Of a DNA stretch of 64,000 nt, positions 30,268-39,616 are shown in pieces. Positions within the stretch are counted from its first letter, which is position 1, and each line of letters begins with the position of its first letter. The notes under the pieces were generated by a model. That model saw only the letters and a program-made list of their open reading frames with translations, made no database searches and was not told where the DNA came from. The position numbers and the translations under genes were made by a program. The stretch lies in contig OZ219747.1 of the NCBI GenBank assembly GCA_964291265.2, positions 3,584,001 through 3,648,000 on the forward strand, in the 5' to 3' direction. The stretch comes from Alphaproteobacteria bacterium. Its GTDB lineage: Bacteria > Pseudomonadota > Alphaproteobacteria > SP197.

Positions 30268-30695
30268 TCAGATGTCGAAGGCGGCCATCGCTTCGCCCGC
30301 AGGCAGCCGCCGAGCCGGAACGGAACGCTGGACCATGGCCGGCGTCATCTCGCGACGGATGAGATCGTCGTCGAAGCCGATCCGGGCCGCGTCCTCCCTG
30401 GCGGTGCCGTGGACAATGGCGGAAACCCGCCTCCGCTAGATGGTGCCGGGCACGTCGGACAGGGTTCGCAGCCCGTGTCGACGACATCTCCTTCCGGGGA
30501 AGATGTGGAGAGCGTTCGGCGGGCGTCGCGGACGGCAACGATTTCGGCATGGACCGTGGGATCGTGATCGGCGCCTTCGCCAACGATCCGGTCATCCCGC
30601 ACGATGACGGCGCCGACGGGCCCTCCCTTGAGCATCGCCACCCTGGCATCGGCAAGGGCAATCGCCCGGCACAGGAAGCCGGCGTCGTCAGGCAT
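30268..30695 (-). pseudogene. Guanine/nucleoside deaminase (GuaD-type, CDA fold) pseudogene
   Basis: GGPVGAVIV, DPTVHAEIVAVR, CEPCPTC, then frameshift and TAG; continuation DAARIGFDDD..RE matches the GuaD C-terminus. Confidence 0.75.
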
Positions 30696-30703
30696 CGGCA
30701 GTC

Positions 30704-31576
30704 CTAGCTGGCGCGCGCACGGCGCACGCCGACATCGGGAGCCTTCTCCTCGGCTCCGGCATAGTAGTAGGTGTTCATCTGGCGCAGCATGGCATCGATC
30801 TCCCGAAGCCCTGCCGGGTCAAGGTCGAAAGCGGGTTGGGGCTCGGGCCTGAAATGACCATGCCGGTCCTCGCCCCGGACAAGCGTCGCATAATCGACCT
30901 TGCCCACCACCTGCCTCATCTCCGGCGTGATGAAGCGCAACGTGAGGCCGATGCGCCTCGATACCGATGCGTTCGCCGGAGAGGAATGATAGAGGCTGCC
31001 GTGGTGAAGCGACATCTCGCCGGATTTCAGTACCACGTCGACCGCCTGGTTTTCATCAACGTCGACAGCCAGTTCCTGTCCCCTCGAAAGCTGGCTCGAA
31101 TCCCCCCACGTGTCCCGGTGTTCGACCATGCCGTGCCGGTGGGACCCCGGTATGAACCGCATCGCACCGTTGTCCCTGGTCACGTCGCCCAGCGCGATCC
31201 AGGCCGTGATCTCCCGTGAATCGTCATCGAGACCCCAGTAGCGCAGGTCCTGGTGCCAGCCGACGAAATCCGTCGTGTGGGGTTCCTTGATGAAAAACCC
31301 GGCGCTCCACAGGAGGAGGTTGGGGCCCATGAGCGACTCGACGGGATCGAGAATGCGGTTGTCCCTCACCAGGGCGTGAACCCCGGGCAGCACGAGATGG
31401 GGGACATTGAAGGTGTAGTGAAACACGTGAGGCTGATCGCGGGTACGATCGAGCAGATCCTCGGTCTCCCGACGGAGACCGTCCGCCTCGGCAGGCGAGA
31501 CCGCCGGCAAGGGAAAGAGATAGCCCTGTCCGTGATAGGCGTCCGCACACGCCTGGTCGAGAAACCTGCTCGTCAT
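30704..31576 (-). CDS. Phytanoyl-CoA dioxygenase (PhyH) family Fe(II)/2OG oxygenase
   Basis: FFIKEP, WHQD, TAWIAL, NGAMRFIPGSH, HHGSLYHSS..N.S..RRIG. Confidence 0.9.
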   Translation of the reverse strand: MTSRFLDQACADAYHGQGYLFPLPAVSPAEADGLRRETEDLLDRTRDQPHVFHYTFNVPHLVLPGVHALVRDNRILDPVESLMGPNLLLWSAGFFIKEPHTTDFVGWHQDLRYWGLDDDSREITAWIALGDVTRDNGAMRFIPGSHRHGMVEHRDTWGDSSQLSRGQELAVDVDENQAVDVVLKSGEMSLHHGSLYHSSPANASVSRRIGLTLRFITPEMRQVVGKVDYATLVRGEDRHGHFRPEPQPAFDLDPAGLREIDAMLRQMNTYYYAGAEEKAPDVGVRRARAS

Positions 31577-31955
31577 GTCGTTCCTCCTTGCCCCCTGGGG
31601 GCGTCCGACACGCCTGGCGGCAGGCGTGTTCCTGAAGATCTGGCAGCTTGATGATGACACGAAGGTTAAGCCGGACAAGAGCTTCGCGTGACGACATCCG
31701 CTCCACCAGGCCTGATTCCGCCCGGGCGGTCGGCCAGGTCAGGCGCCAGGCAGGCCGCGAACCGGATTCCGGTCCCAGGCCTGTCCTCTTGCGAAACGGA
31801 AACGGAATCGAAAGCCCTGGCGATCGCGAGTCTCCGAGCCTGCCAGGCAGCACGACCATCTTGGCGGACGACGTGGCGTCGGGAGATCACGGATCGAAGG
31901 ACCGATGCAGCGGGCGAACACACCACGTTCGTCCATTGCGGGTGATCATGCGATC

Positions 31956-32750
31956 TCAGTCGTTCCTTGTCAGGCGCCGGGCCGACATGTGCGTGTGATG
32001 GACGCCGCCACCGCCGAGGGCATCACGGCGCAGCACGCTGGCGGCGATTCGCCTGGCGAACATCTCCTCGCCCAGAGCGTCCCTCAGGGGCCTGGCTTTC
32101 GGACCTTGAATCCATGCCACTTCCCGCCGCGCGGCTTCCAGAGACCGCGCCGTGTCGTCCTTCACGCACATGGAGCCCAGACCGGCGCGGCTGAACGCCT
32201 CCTCGTAGACGGTGATTGGCTCGAAGAGAAAGCTGAGGCCGTAGGCTTTCATGGCATCGATCCAGGCATTGTAGAGGTGTGGGACCGCTTCGGGGCCGGA
32301 GGGAACCGTGAAGTCGGCGCAGATCACGTTCCCGTCCGGGACCAGGACCCGCGCCACTTCGCCAAAGAGGGCGAACTTGTCAGGAATGTGGCAAACGACA
32401 TCCTTGGCGAAGACGATGTCAAATGAGGCATCGTCGAACGGCAATGGTCCTGGCGCCACATGATGCGTTTCGATCTTCGCGGAAAGCCCGATTTCCGAGA
32501 TCGTCTCGCGCGTTCGCACAACGAGACCTTCGTCGACATCGATCGATGTCACGTGCCCGGCGCCGAGTGTTCCGGCAAGCATGAGCGCAGCACCGCCTAG
32601 ACCACAGCCGATATCGAGTACCGAGCGCCCGGCGAGATCGACGCCATCAACCAGGACAGCCATTTCCTCGGCGCCGCCAGGCGACAGGAACCCCTTGCCA
32701 TAGAGCGCCTGCATGCCTTCTACAACGCGCGTTGAATACTGGGTTGTCAT
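31956..32750 (-). CDS. SAM-dependent methyltransferase (phosphoethanolamine N-methyltransferase-like)
   Basis: YGKGFLSPGG, VLDIGCGLGG, LPFDDASFDIVF, HIPDK, RVLVPDG. Confidence 0.85.
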   Translation of the reverse strand: MTTQYSTRVVEGMQALYGKGFLSPGGAEEMAVLVDGVDLAGRSVLDIGCGLGGAALMLAGTLGAGHVTSIDVDEGLVVRTRETISEIGLSAKIETHHVAPGPLPFDDASFDIVFAKDVVCHIPDKFALFGEVARVLVPDGNVICADFTVPSGPEAVPHLYNAWIDAMKAYGLSFLFEPITVYEEAFSRAGLGSMCVKDDTARSLEAARREVAWIQGPKARPLRDALGEEMFARRIAASVLRRDALGGGGVHHTHMSARRLTRND

Positions 32751-32983
32751 GGCCTCGCCTCTCGACGCCATCTGGCAGACGACGCGCAGTATTGCATGGC
32801 GACCTCGCCACAGGACAAGAAGGAATCTGCGCCAGCGTCCATCAGACCCGACGCCTTCGTTCCATGCCGAAAGAAGCAACGCGTGCAGTGAATCGGTGAA
32901 CTCCCCGGGAGCTCAATGCATGGCGAGTGAGTCTTGCCCACCGGAAAAGGACACCGCGAGGCGGCGGGTCCGCGCGGACGGTC

Positions 32984-33427
32984 TCAGTCCGTCACCGGAC
33001 CGTGCCTCAGGGGCGCACTCTCGCCGACAAAACCCTCGTATCGCGGCAGGTCGTCGGCGACCTCCATCCACGCGATGCGCTCGGGTTCGAAGGCATGGGC
33101 CGTCGGAACCAGCGAGTCGGGCTCGTCAAAGGTGCTGATGTGGAACTCGATGATCGGACCGAGATCACCACCGTCACCTTCCCAGGTCAGAGGCGTCCCG
33201 CAGTCACCGCAGAAGCCGCGACGCACTCCTTGTGATGAACAGTAGTGCCTGCGATCAGCACCACTGAAGGTAACCTGACCGACCCTGTAGCCTGCAAGCG
33301 TCACCACGGCAGCGCCGTTGTGCTTGCGGCAACTGTGACAGTGGCAGTGCGTGACGTCGAAAGGCTCGTCCCTCGCCTCGAAACGTACGGCGCCACACAT
33401 GCAGCGCCCGGTTCTCGTTACGGTCAT
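32984..33427 (-). CDS. GFA (glutathione-dependent formaldehyde-activating, Mss4-like) family protein
   Basis: GRCMCGAVRF, CHCHSCRK, RGFCGDCGTPL zinc motifs. Confidence 0.9.
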   Translation of the reverse strand: MTVTRTGRCMCGAVRFEARDEPFDVTHCHCHSCRKHNGAAVVTLAGYRVGQVTFSGADRRHYCSSQGVRRGFCGDCGTPLTWEGDGGDLGPIIEFHISTFDEPDSLVPTAHAFEPERIAWMEVADDLPRYEGFVGESAPLRHGPVTD

Positions 33428-33618
33428 CGTGTGGCTCCCCTTCATCCGATGCGCACCGTGCACCCGTCACCGTTGCGAGCGTCCCTCCCCTCGGTCCGTG
33501 GGGGCGACCCGGTACTCCGCCTGCATTCACACTCCGCGCAGTCCGAGCGAAATGCAAGCGTTCGGTCACGAACGAGCGTTCGGACTGCACCACTTGAGGG
33601 TTCCCGGCCTTATGGCCG

Positions 33619-34032
33619 GTGTTCATACGCCGTTTCCGTCATCCGTTTGACGGCCAGGAGGTCAAGGTGATCGCGCGGCGGCGGAGTGGCGGCATTTATC
33701 ACCGGCTGACCCTGCATGTTGAACTGCCTGACGGCACCCGCATGTGGCTTCCTGCGACGTGGACGAGCCTTGAGGCGCGGGGTTCGGTTGGGTCGGAGCT
33801 GGTCGGCGAGTTGTCGGACTTCATCAGGCTGCGTACTCTGCTTGATGAGTTGGAGCGGCGTCTGGAGGCGACGGATGGCGAGGGATCGGGATCTGTCTCT
33901 GTTGGCGCTTCTGGAGTGGGAGGAACGTGTGCAGAGATGGCTCCAGGTTCCGCCACCGCATCGGGAGGCGCTGGTTCGGGAGCTGGCGGAGTTGATGGTT
34001 CGGCAAGCGAAGCGCAGGGGGAGGTCCGATGA
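33619..34032 (+). CDS. Small accessory protein of a serine-recombinase mobile element (DUF5372/Y4bD-like)
   Basis: RFRHPFDGQ.V...LPDGTRMWLPATWTSL; lies directly before a large serine recombinase N-terminus. Start uncertain. Confidence 0.55.
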   Translation: MFIRRFRHPFDGQEVKVIARRRSGGIYHRLTLHVELPDGTRMWLPATWTSLEARGSVGSELVGELSDFIRLRTLLDELERRLEATDGEGSGSVSVGASGVGGTCAEMAPGSATASGGAGSGAGGVDGSASEAQGEVR

Positions 34033-34066
34033 GCCGGTCATCGCGGATCACGAACCGGCACCTTGA
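33875..34066 (+). CDS. Second small accessory ORF of the recombinase element
   Basis: RWLQVPPPHREALVRELAELMVR, typical of the short ORF overlapping such recombinase starts. Confidence 0.4.
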   Translation: MARDRDLSLLALLEWEERVQRWLQVPPPHREALVRELAELMVRQAKRRGRSDEPVIADHEPAP

Positions 34067-34283
34067 GCGCTCGGCTGCGGTCCATGTACGTCAGTCGACG
34101 CAGAACCAGGTCCTGAAGAACCGGGAATCGCGCGAGCGTCAATACCGTCTGGTGGACCGTGCCCGCGCCCTGGGCTGGCCGGACGATCGCATTGTGGTCA
34201 TTGATTCGGACCTCGGCCAGAGCGCGGCTTTGCAAGGCACGCGCCGCGGTTTCGATGAGCGTAAGCGTTCGGTCCAGCGGTGA
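34029..34283 (+). pseudogene. Truncated large serine recombinase (N-terminal catalytic segment)
   Basis: RITNRHLERSAAVHVRQSTQNQV..NRESRERQY.L..RA..LGW..IVVIDSDLGQSA...RRGF; stops after 84 aa. Confidence 0.85.
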
Positions 34284-34329
34284 TTGGGTCGATGACAGCA
34301 CTGAGCGAATTCAGGCGAGTCCCGGAGCC

Positions 34330-35480
34330 ATGCGCAGTTGCCACCGTCACCCTCATTTCGTCACCCCTTGGCCGAACGCTTACTCTTCAGCGGTATCCCT
34401 CTCATCGTCGCCTTCTCTGTTCACCTGGACCGGTTTCCCTCGATCAACAGCACCACGCGCCAGGTGACGGAATTGGTGACCTTCCTCCGCCAGGTTCCGC
34501 CAGATGGTGTTGCCGATCTCGGTCCATGCCCTCATGCAACACGGCCCGGTTCAGCCGTTTCATGCGCGCATCGACACCGGACAAACCTCCATCTCGACCA
34601 CGTGCGCACGGCGCCTGCCAAGGGACCGCACGAGGAACGGGTACTCCTCGTGCACATCCTGCGCAACTCGCCAGGCCTCGCGGCGACGGTGGTCGCCCCG
34701 GGTGTAGCGGGAATCGTCGGTGGCGCGATCGTCACGGAACAGGTCTTCAAGATGAACGGACTCGGTCTCCTCCTCATCGCCGCGATCCGGGCGAACGACC
34801 TGCTGACGGTCCAGATCCTGACCTGCATGCTCGCCGTTCTCATCATCCTCTTCAATCTGGCCGCCGACCTCCTGTGCGGCATTCTCGACCCGAGAAACCG
34901 TGATCGCCGATACGGCTCATTCGCTTAGGTCTGGAAGCATCGACCCGGCTTGCGGACAGCAGAAGAGCGCCGTGCTGGGCCGAGGGTTCTTCCTCGTCAT
35001 CCTGACGGCGGCCCTCCTTGTGTCCACTCGACTTGTCGACGTGCGCGATCGCAACCCCGCGATGAGTCCACAGCACCACATCCCGGTGCGGATCAGCTCA
35101 GCCTGTGCGCATGATGGAGGGCGCCGGGGCGTCCCTGGCGGTCAGCATGCTGCTCTCGCCTGCCAGCGGCCGGCCGGTCGGGGTCCTCGCCGGACGGGGT
35201 GCCGATGCGTCTCACGGGGCCTCTTCCCGAGGCTCCCTCTCCTTCCTCCCGTGCCGGTGAACTTCTGCTGTTTCGTACACACCCCTTGGTGTTAGACCCG
35301 TTTCGGACAGGAAGCCGACGTCTTCGTGATGGTTGTCGTCGGCATCACGTGTTGAATGCAGACCGCGCCGCCGTCAGGGGAGAGGTGCTCGCATCGCGGG
35401 AACGCGACGTCGTTGCCGCCGGCACATCCTGCCCGACGCGCCGTCCGCCCTGATGGTCTCCGCGACGCTCGGAATAGGCC
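34330..35480 (+). pseudogene. Decayed OppB/OppC (peptide ABC permease) gene pair
   Basis: SRFMRAS / DHVRTAPAKG..E..VLLVHILRNS..GAIVTEQVFKMNGLG..FNLAADLL.GILDPR (OppB EAA loop and C-terminus), then VRGEVLASRERDVVAA (OppC); multiple frameshifts. Confidence 0.75.
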
Positions 35481-35530
35481 CTCTCCATGTCTCGGGCCGG
35501 GACTCCCTTCGGATTTCGCGACATGGAGCC

Positions 35531-35980
35531 CTTAAGCCGAAGTTCCAGGGCTGATCAGGCGCAAGTATATGATATGAATGACATTCAATGGATCTCAGAG
35601 GCGTCTGACTGGGTACATTACGGCTTTACACCGAGGAGTTTGAGTGTTCTTCTCTGGAGCGGCGTGGGCCGCGTAGTGATCTGGAAGGGCCCGGCGCCTG
35701 GCGAAGTGGAGCGCCACGGTGTTGCGTGTGATGGTGCGCTTCTTGACCTTTCCGACTTCGCGCCGGGGGCTCGTGGAGCATGATGGCGGGTGGAGGGGAC
35801 TGGTTGAGGAGGGCTTTGATGCACATGGCTACCGTGCATGGGCGTACCGCGGACGTATGTCAAGCACAAGGTGCATTCATACATGGGTACACAGTGAAGC
35901 CTGATGAATCCAACAAATAACGCAAAATCAGTGAGTTGTTGTGAAGATCAGCAGGAAATCGTCCGGAACTTCGGCTTAAG
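35531..35980 (-). mobile_element. Internally deleted (MITE-like) IS1634-family element, about 450 bp
   Basis: Perfect 16-bp inverted repeat CTTAAGCCGAAGTTCC (35531-35546) / GGAACTTCGGCTTAAG (35965-35980). Interior joins a transposase N-terminus (NQSPPPAIMLHE..EVGKVKKRTI) to a C-terminus (TRNTV..FQITTRPTPLQRRTLKLLGVKP*). Confidence 0.75.
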
Positions 35981-36071
35981 CTCCACGATGCCACCGATCA
36001 TCTGCAGCAGTACCGGGCCGTATGTGGTCTGGCCTCGCGGTGCATTCGGTCAATCACCTCGGTGACAAGCC

Positions 36072-38500
36072 CTACCTATTAGTCACAAATCGTGCAGGAC
36101 GTGATCGTGTCCTTCCGACGTCGGATCCAGATCGAGGGCCTCGAGCAGGCATTCATAGGCCAGGGCAGCGGTGGCCAGTCGCGGATAGCCATGCCACATC
36201 GTCTGGTTGCCCGGCGCCGGATCATGCTTGCGGTCCAGATACCCGCCGAGGATCGCCACCAGCTTCACCGCCGCCCCCAGCGTGTCGGGCGGGTCCAGCC
36301 GGTATCGCCGGGCATAGTCGCCGAGGAAGCGGAGTTCCAGGTCCGAGAACAGGCAGTCGGGCTTCATCGTCGGCACATCCCGCCCGAGCAGGGTCATCAG
36401 GGCAAGACGCCAGGCGATCACGGCGTGGATGGTGATCTGCCGTTCCAGGCGGCAGGCCTTGCGCGTCGCCAGGTGCTCCACCCGGCAGCCGGACTTCAGC
36501 ACCCGGAACCAGCATTCGATCCGCCAGCGCAGCGCGTACCAGCCGACGATCTCCTGGGCCGCTTCGGCGTGGTCCACAGGAAGGTCGGTCAACAGGAACC
36601 ATTCCACCGGAGCTTCCCCGGCCGGCGGGGCCGTCTCGAGGAGATGCAGCGCGGTCACGGCCACGGGCGCGGCATCGGGGCAGCCAGCGGTCGCCGGCAG
36701 CGTGGTCGACAACCAGCGCAACTCCAGCACCGCGTTCCGCCGGGCAGTGCGGCCGGGCTGCTTCTTGCGCCCCGAGGACTTCGGCCGGGCCGTCAGGCGG
36801 GGTATGTCGATCTGCATGGTGCCGCGGCAGGCAGACGTACGTAGTCGGGTGAACAGCTTCGCAGCCCCGCGCTTGAGAACCCGGTCATGTCGAGCCCGCA
36901 CCAGCATCGACAGACGGCGATGCTGCCGGCACCGGTCGAACAGTTCGAAGAAGTCCGCTTCCCGGTCCATCACGCACACGACCTTCACCCCGGTCGTCCG
37001 GGCCGCGAGGTCCGCGATGTCGTCGAGACCGTCGAGCCAGCGCTGCGACGTGCGCCGGGACATCTCGACATCCTCGCCCGAACCGGTCTTTGCCCGGGGG
37101 CGGGGAGGAGCGTCGAAGGCAAGACGCGCCACCCCCAGCGGCAGGCCTTCGCCGCTGACAACGTAGCTGGCGTGCAGGTGCAGGCCCAGGGTCTGCGAGG
37201 CCGTCTGGTTCGTGCCGATGATGCCCAGACCGTCGCAGCCCGGACGGGTCGCGAAGTTCAGGTCCGTCCCGTCCTGAATGCACAACGCCACCCGCTGGCC
37301 GCACATCCGCTGCACCGTTCGTTGACGGTGCGGCGCCAGGATGTTCGCCGGGGTCACCGCCGACGTCTCCGGCTGATCCAGGAACCGATAATAGGCCCGG
37401 ACACCGGCAGGATCCGGGCGCGCCAGACCGCTGTAGGACGACATCGGACTCTCTCCCTGTCTTCGTGCAATCTCCACCAGGCGCGCACTCAGACGCCGGT
37501 CGCCGATCGGCGCTCCCCCGAACTCGTGGTGCGCCCACGCCGAGGCGTCCAGACCCTCCCCCGGGGACAGGGCCGGCATCGGCTCCGCCACCCCCAGCTT
37601 GTGCCGCCAGTCCCGGTCCAGAACGTACATGTACACGGCCTTGACGCTCTCGGCCATCTCGCGCGCGCGGTCCTGACGGCCTCGGCCCCGGGTGAACCCC
37701 ACGAGCTGCCAGTTCGCCGCCCGCAGGCTCGCACCGTCGCGCGTCGGGTCGACATAGGTCTCGACCAGCCATGGCAGGAACCCGTAGCGCTGCGCAACAT
37801 CGGCGCCCAGGCGAGACAGGCACATCGACAGCGTCTTCGACGCAAGGTTCGCAACCGGCACCCGGATCAGAAACCGGCTCATCGACAGCACCCGGTGTCG
37901 CTCCGCACGACGCCGGTCGGCATCCCAGCCGATCCAGGCATCCCGATCCGCCACCTTCAGCGCCGCTGCGGCAAAGCCGAAACCGCCGAGACAGCCGTGA
38001 GCGGAATCCACCAGATAGCGCAGCTGATGACCGGCCAGGATGGGAGCGCCGAGAAAGTGCTCCCGCGCCATCAGTTCGTTCCAGAGCGCCCGTTCGGCAT
38101 CCGTGCGCACCAGCAGGATCCGCAGACCCTGGATCGCCGCCACGCTCGCCGGCACATCACGCGGCTTCTCCACCGCCTCGCCGAGCCGGCGGGGCGTTGC
38201 CCGACGCCGCTGACCGGAGGGCTCCGGCAAGCCCTCGATCCTGCCCTGCGATGCCAGCTGCTTCAGGGCCACGACACAGCTCGATACCCGCTCGCGTCCC
38301 CGTGCGTCCCGCAGGCCGAAGTGCCGGCACACTTCCAGCGCCAGGCGGTTTTGACTACTATCGCCGCTCTCGGTGACGATCGACTGCAGGCGATCGAGCT
38401 GGTCCTCAAGGACGCGTTTGATCGGAATGTGTGCTTCCATGCAGGGCAGGGTGCACCATCCGAATCATCTTGTCCAGCACGATTTATGACTAAAGGGCAG
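36072..38500 (-). mobile_element. Complete IS4-family (IS50/Tn5-like) insertion sequence, 2429 bp
   Basis: Imperfect TIRs CTACCTATTAGTCACAAATCGTGCAGGAC vs revcomp CTGCCCTTTAGTCATAAATCGTGCTGGAC; 8-bp direct repeat GACAAGCC at 36064-36071 and 38501-38508. Confidence 0.92.
36083..38440 (-). CDS. IS4-family transposase with N-terminal DUF4338 domain
   Basis: N-half: LWNELMAREHFLG..LRYLV..LGGFGFAAAA..RDAWIGW..RFLI..NLAS..LVETYVD..AANW. C-half: WAHHEFGGA.IGDRRL, CIQDGT, MDREAD, YALRWRIECWFRVLKSG, LGGYL.RK.DP.PG. Confidence 0.92.
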   Translation of the reverse strand: MEAHIPIKRVLEDQLDRLQSIVTESGDSSQNRLALEVCRHFGLRDARGRERVSSCVVALKQLASQGRIEGLPEPSGQRRRATPRRLGEAVEKPRDVPASVAAIQGLRILLVRTDAERALWNELMAREHFLGAPILAGHQLRYLVDSAHGCLGGFGFAAAALKVADRDAWIGWDADRRRAERHRVLSMSRFLIRVPVANLASKTLSMCLSRLGADVAQRYGFLPWLVETYVDPTRDGASLRAANWQLVGFTRGRGRQDRAREMAESVKAVYMYVLDRDWRHKLGVAEPMPALSPGEGLDASAWAHHEFGGAPIGDRRLSARLVEIARRQGESPMSSYSGLARPDPAGVRAYYRFLDQPETSAVTPANILAPHRQRTVQRMCGQRVALCIQDGTDLNFATRPGCDGLGIIGTNQTASQTLGLHLHASYVVSGEGLPLGVARLAFDAPPRPRAKTGSGEDVEMSRRTSQRWLDGLDDIADLAARTTGVKVVCVMDREADFFELFDRCRQHRRLSMLVRARHDRVLKRGAAKLFTRLRTSACRGTMQIDIPRLTARPKSSGRKKQPGRTARRNAVLELRWLSTTLPATAGCPDAAPVAVTALHLLETAPPAGEAPVEWFLLTDLPVDHAEAAQEIVGWYALRWRIECWFRVLKSGCRVEHLATRKACRLERQITIHAVIAWRLALMTLLGRDVPTMKPDCLFSDLELRFLGDYARRYRLDPPDTLGAAVKLVAILGGYLDRKHDPAPGNQTMWHGYPRLATAALAYECLLEALDLDPTSEGHDHVLHDL

Positions 38501-38642
38501 GACAAGCCTGCGCGATGCACGCGATCCCCGGATCCGCCACGGGGGAAGGCGGCGAAGACCGTGATCGGAACAGGCGCGAACAAGGGGTGAACCGGCCCGT
38601 GACGGAGTCCCATGCTCCCCGCGCCGGCTGTGGACCTGCGGG

Positions 38643-39581
38643 TCAGAACCCCACCATGTCGCCACCCTTGAGACCCAGCATGTCGCGGGCCTCGGCCGGG
38701 CTCGCCACTTCGAGGGAAAGGTCCTCGATGATGCGCCGTATCTTGGCGACCTGATCGCGGTTCGACCTCGCCAGTTCACCCTTCGCGATGTAGAGGCTGT
38801 CTTCCAGTCCCACCCGGACATTGCCGCCGAGCATGGCGGCCATGGTGACGAATGTCATCTGATGGCGCCCGGCGGCCAGCACCGACCACCGGTAGGCATC
38901 CCCGAAGAGTTTGTCGGCAATGCGACGGGCATGCATGAGATTCTCCTCGTCGGCGCCGATTCCGCCGAGGATGCCGAAGATCGACTGCACGAAGAGGGGC
39001 GGCCTCACGAGGCCCCGATCGAGGAAGTGGGCCAGGGTGTAGAGATGGCCGATATCGTAGCACTCGAATTCGAATCTCACGCCATGGCCCTCACCAAGAA
39101 CATCGAGAATATGTTCGATATCCTTGAACGTGTTGCGGAAAATGAAGTCTCGCGAGTTTTCCAGGTGACGCCTCTCCCAGTCATGGCGAAAGTCCTTGAT
39201 CTTGTCGAGAATGGGGAAGAGGCCGAAGTTCATGGACCCCATGTTGAGCGACGTCATCTCCGGACTCGCTCTCAGCGCCCCCGCCAGGCGTTCATCGAGA
39301 GACATGCCGTGGCCGCCGCCGGTGGAGATGTTGATGACGGCATCGGTCGACTGCTTGATGCGCGGCAGGAATTCCATGAAGACATCGGGGTCGGGAGTCG
39401 GACTGCCGTCGGAGTTGCGGGCATGAAGGTGGATGATCGACGCGCCGGCTTCCCAGGCGCCGATCGATGCGTCGGCGATCTCCTGAGGCGTGACCGGCAA
39501 CCACGGACTCATCGTCGGCGTATGGATGGATCCGGTCACGGCGCAGGTGATGATGACCTTGTCACGTCGAGTCATCGGCAT
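38643..39581 (-). CDS. Beta-keto acid cleavage enzyme (3-keto-5-aminohexanoate cleavage family)
   Basis: VIITCAVTG, IIHLHAR, ISTGG, SLNMGSMN, EFECYD, NVRVGLED. Confidence 0.92.
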   Translation of the reverse strand: MPMTRRDKVIITCAVTGSIHTPTMSPWLPVTPQEIADASIGAWEAGASIIHLHARNSDGSPTPDPDVFMEFLPRIKQSTDAVINISTGGGHGMSLDERLAGALRASPEMTSLNMGSMNFGLFPILDKIKDFRHDWERRHLENSRDFIFRNTFKDIEHILDVLGEGHGVRFEFECYDIGHLYTLAHFLDRGLVRPPLFVQSIFGILGGIGADEENLMHARRIADKLFGDAYRWSVLAAGRHQMTFVTMAAMLGGNVRVGLEDSLYIAKGELARSNRDQVAKIRRIIEDLSLEVASPAEARDMLGLKGGDMVGF

Positions 39582-39616
39582 CGTCCTTTCCTGTTGTCTG
39601 CCGGCCGAGGCGCGGC

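Noticed and set aside
36083-38440. Druantia defence system
   Set aside because: DUF4338 is fused to a transposase inside TIRs with a TSD; no DruE helicase or other dru genes.
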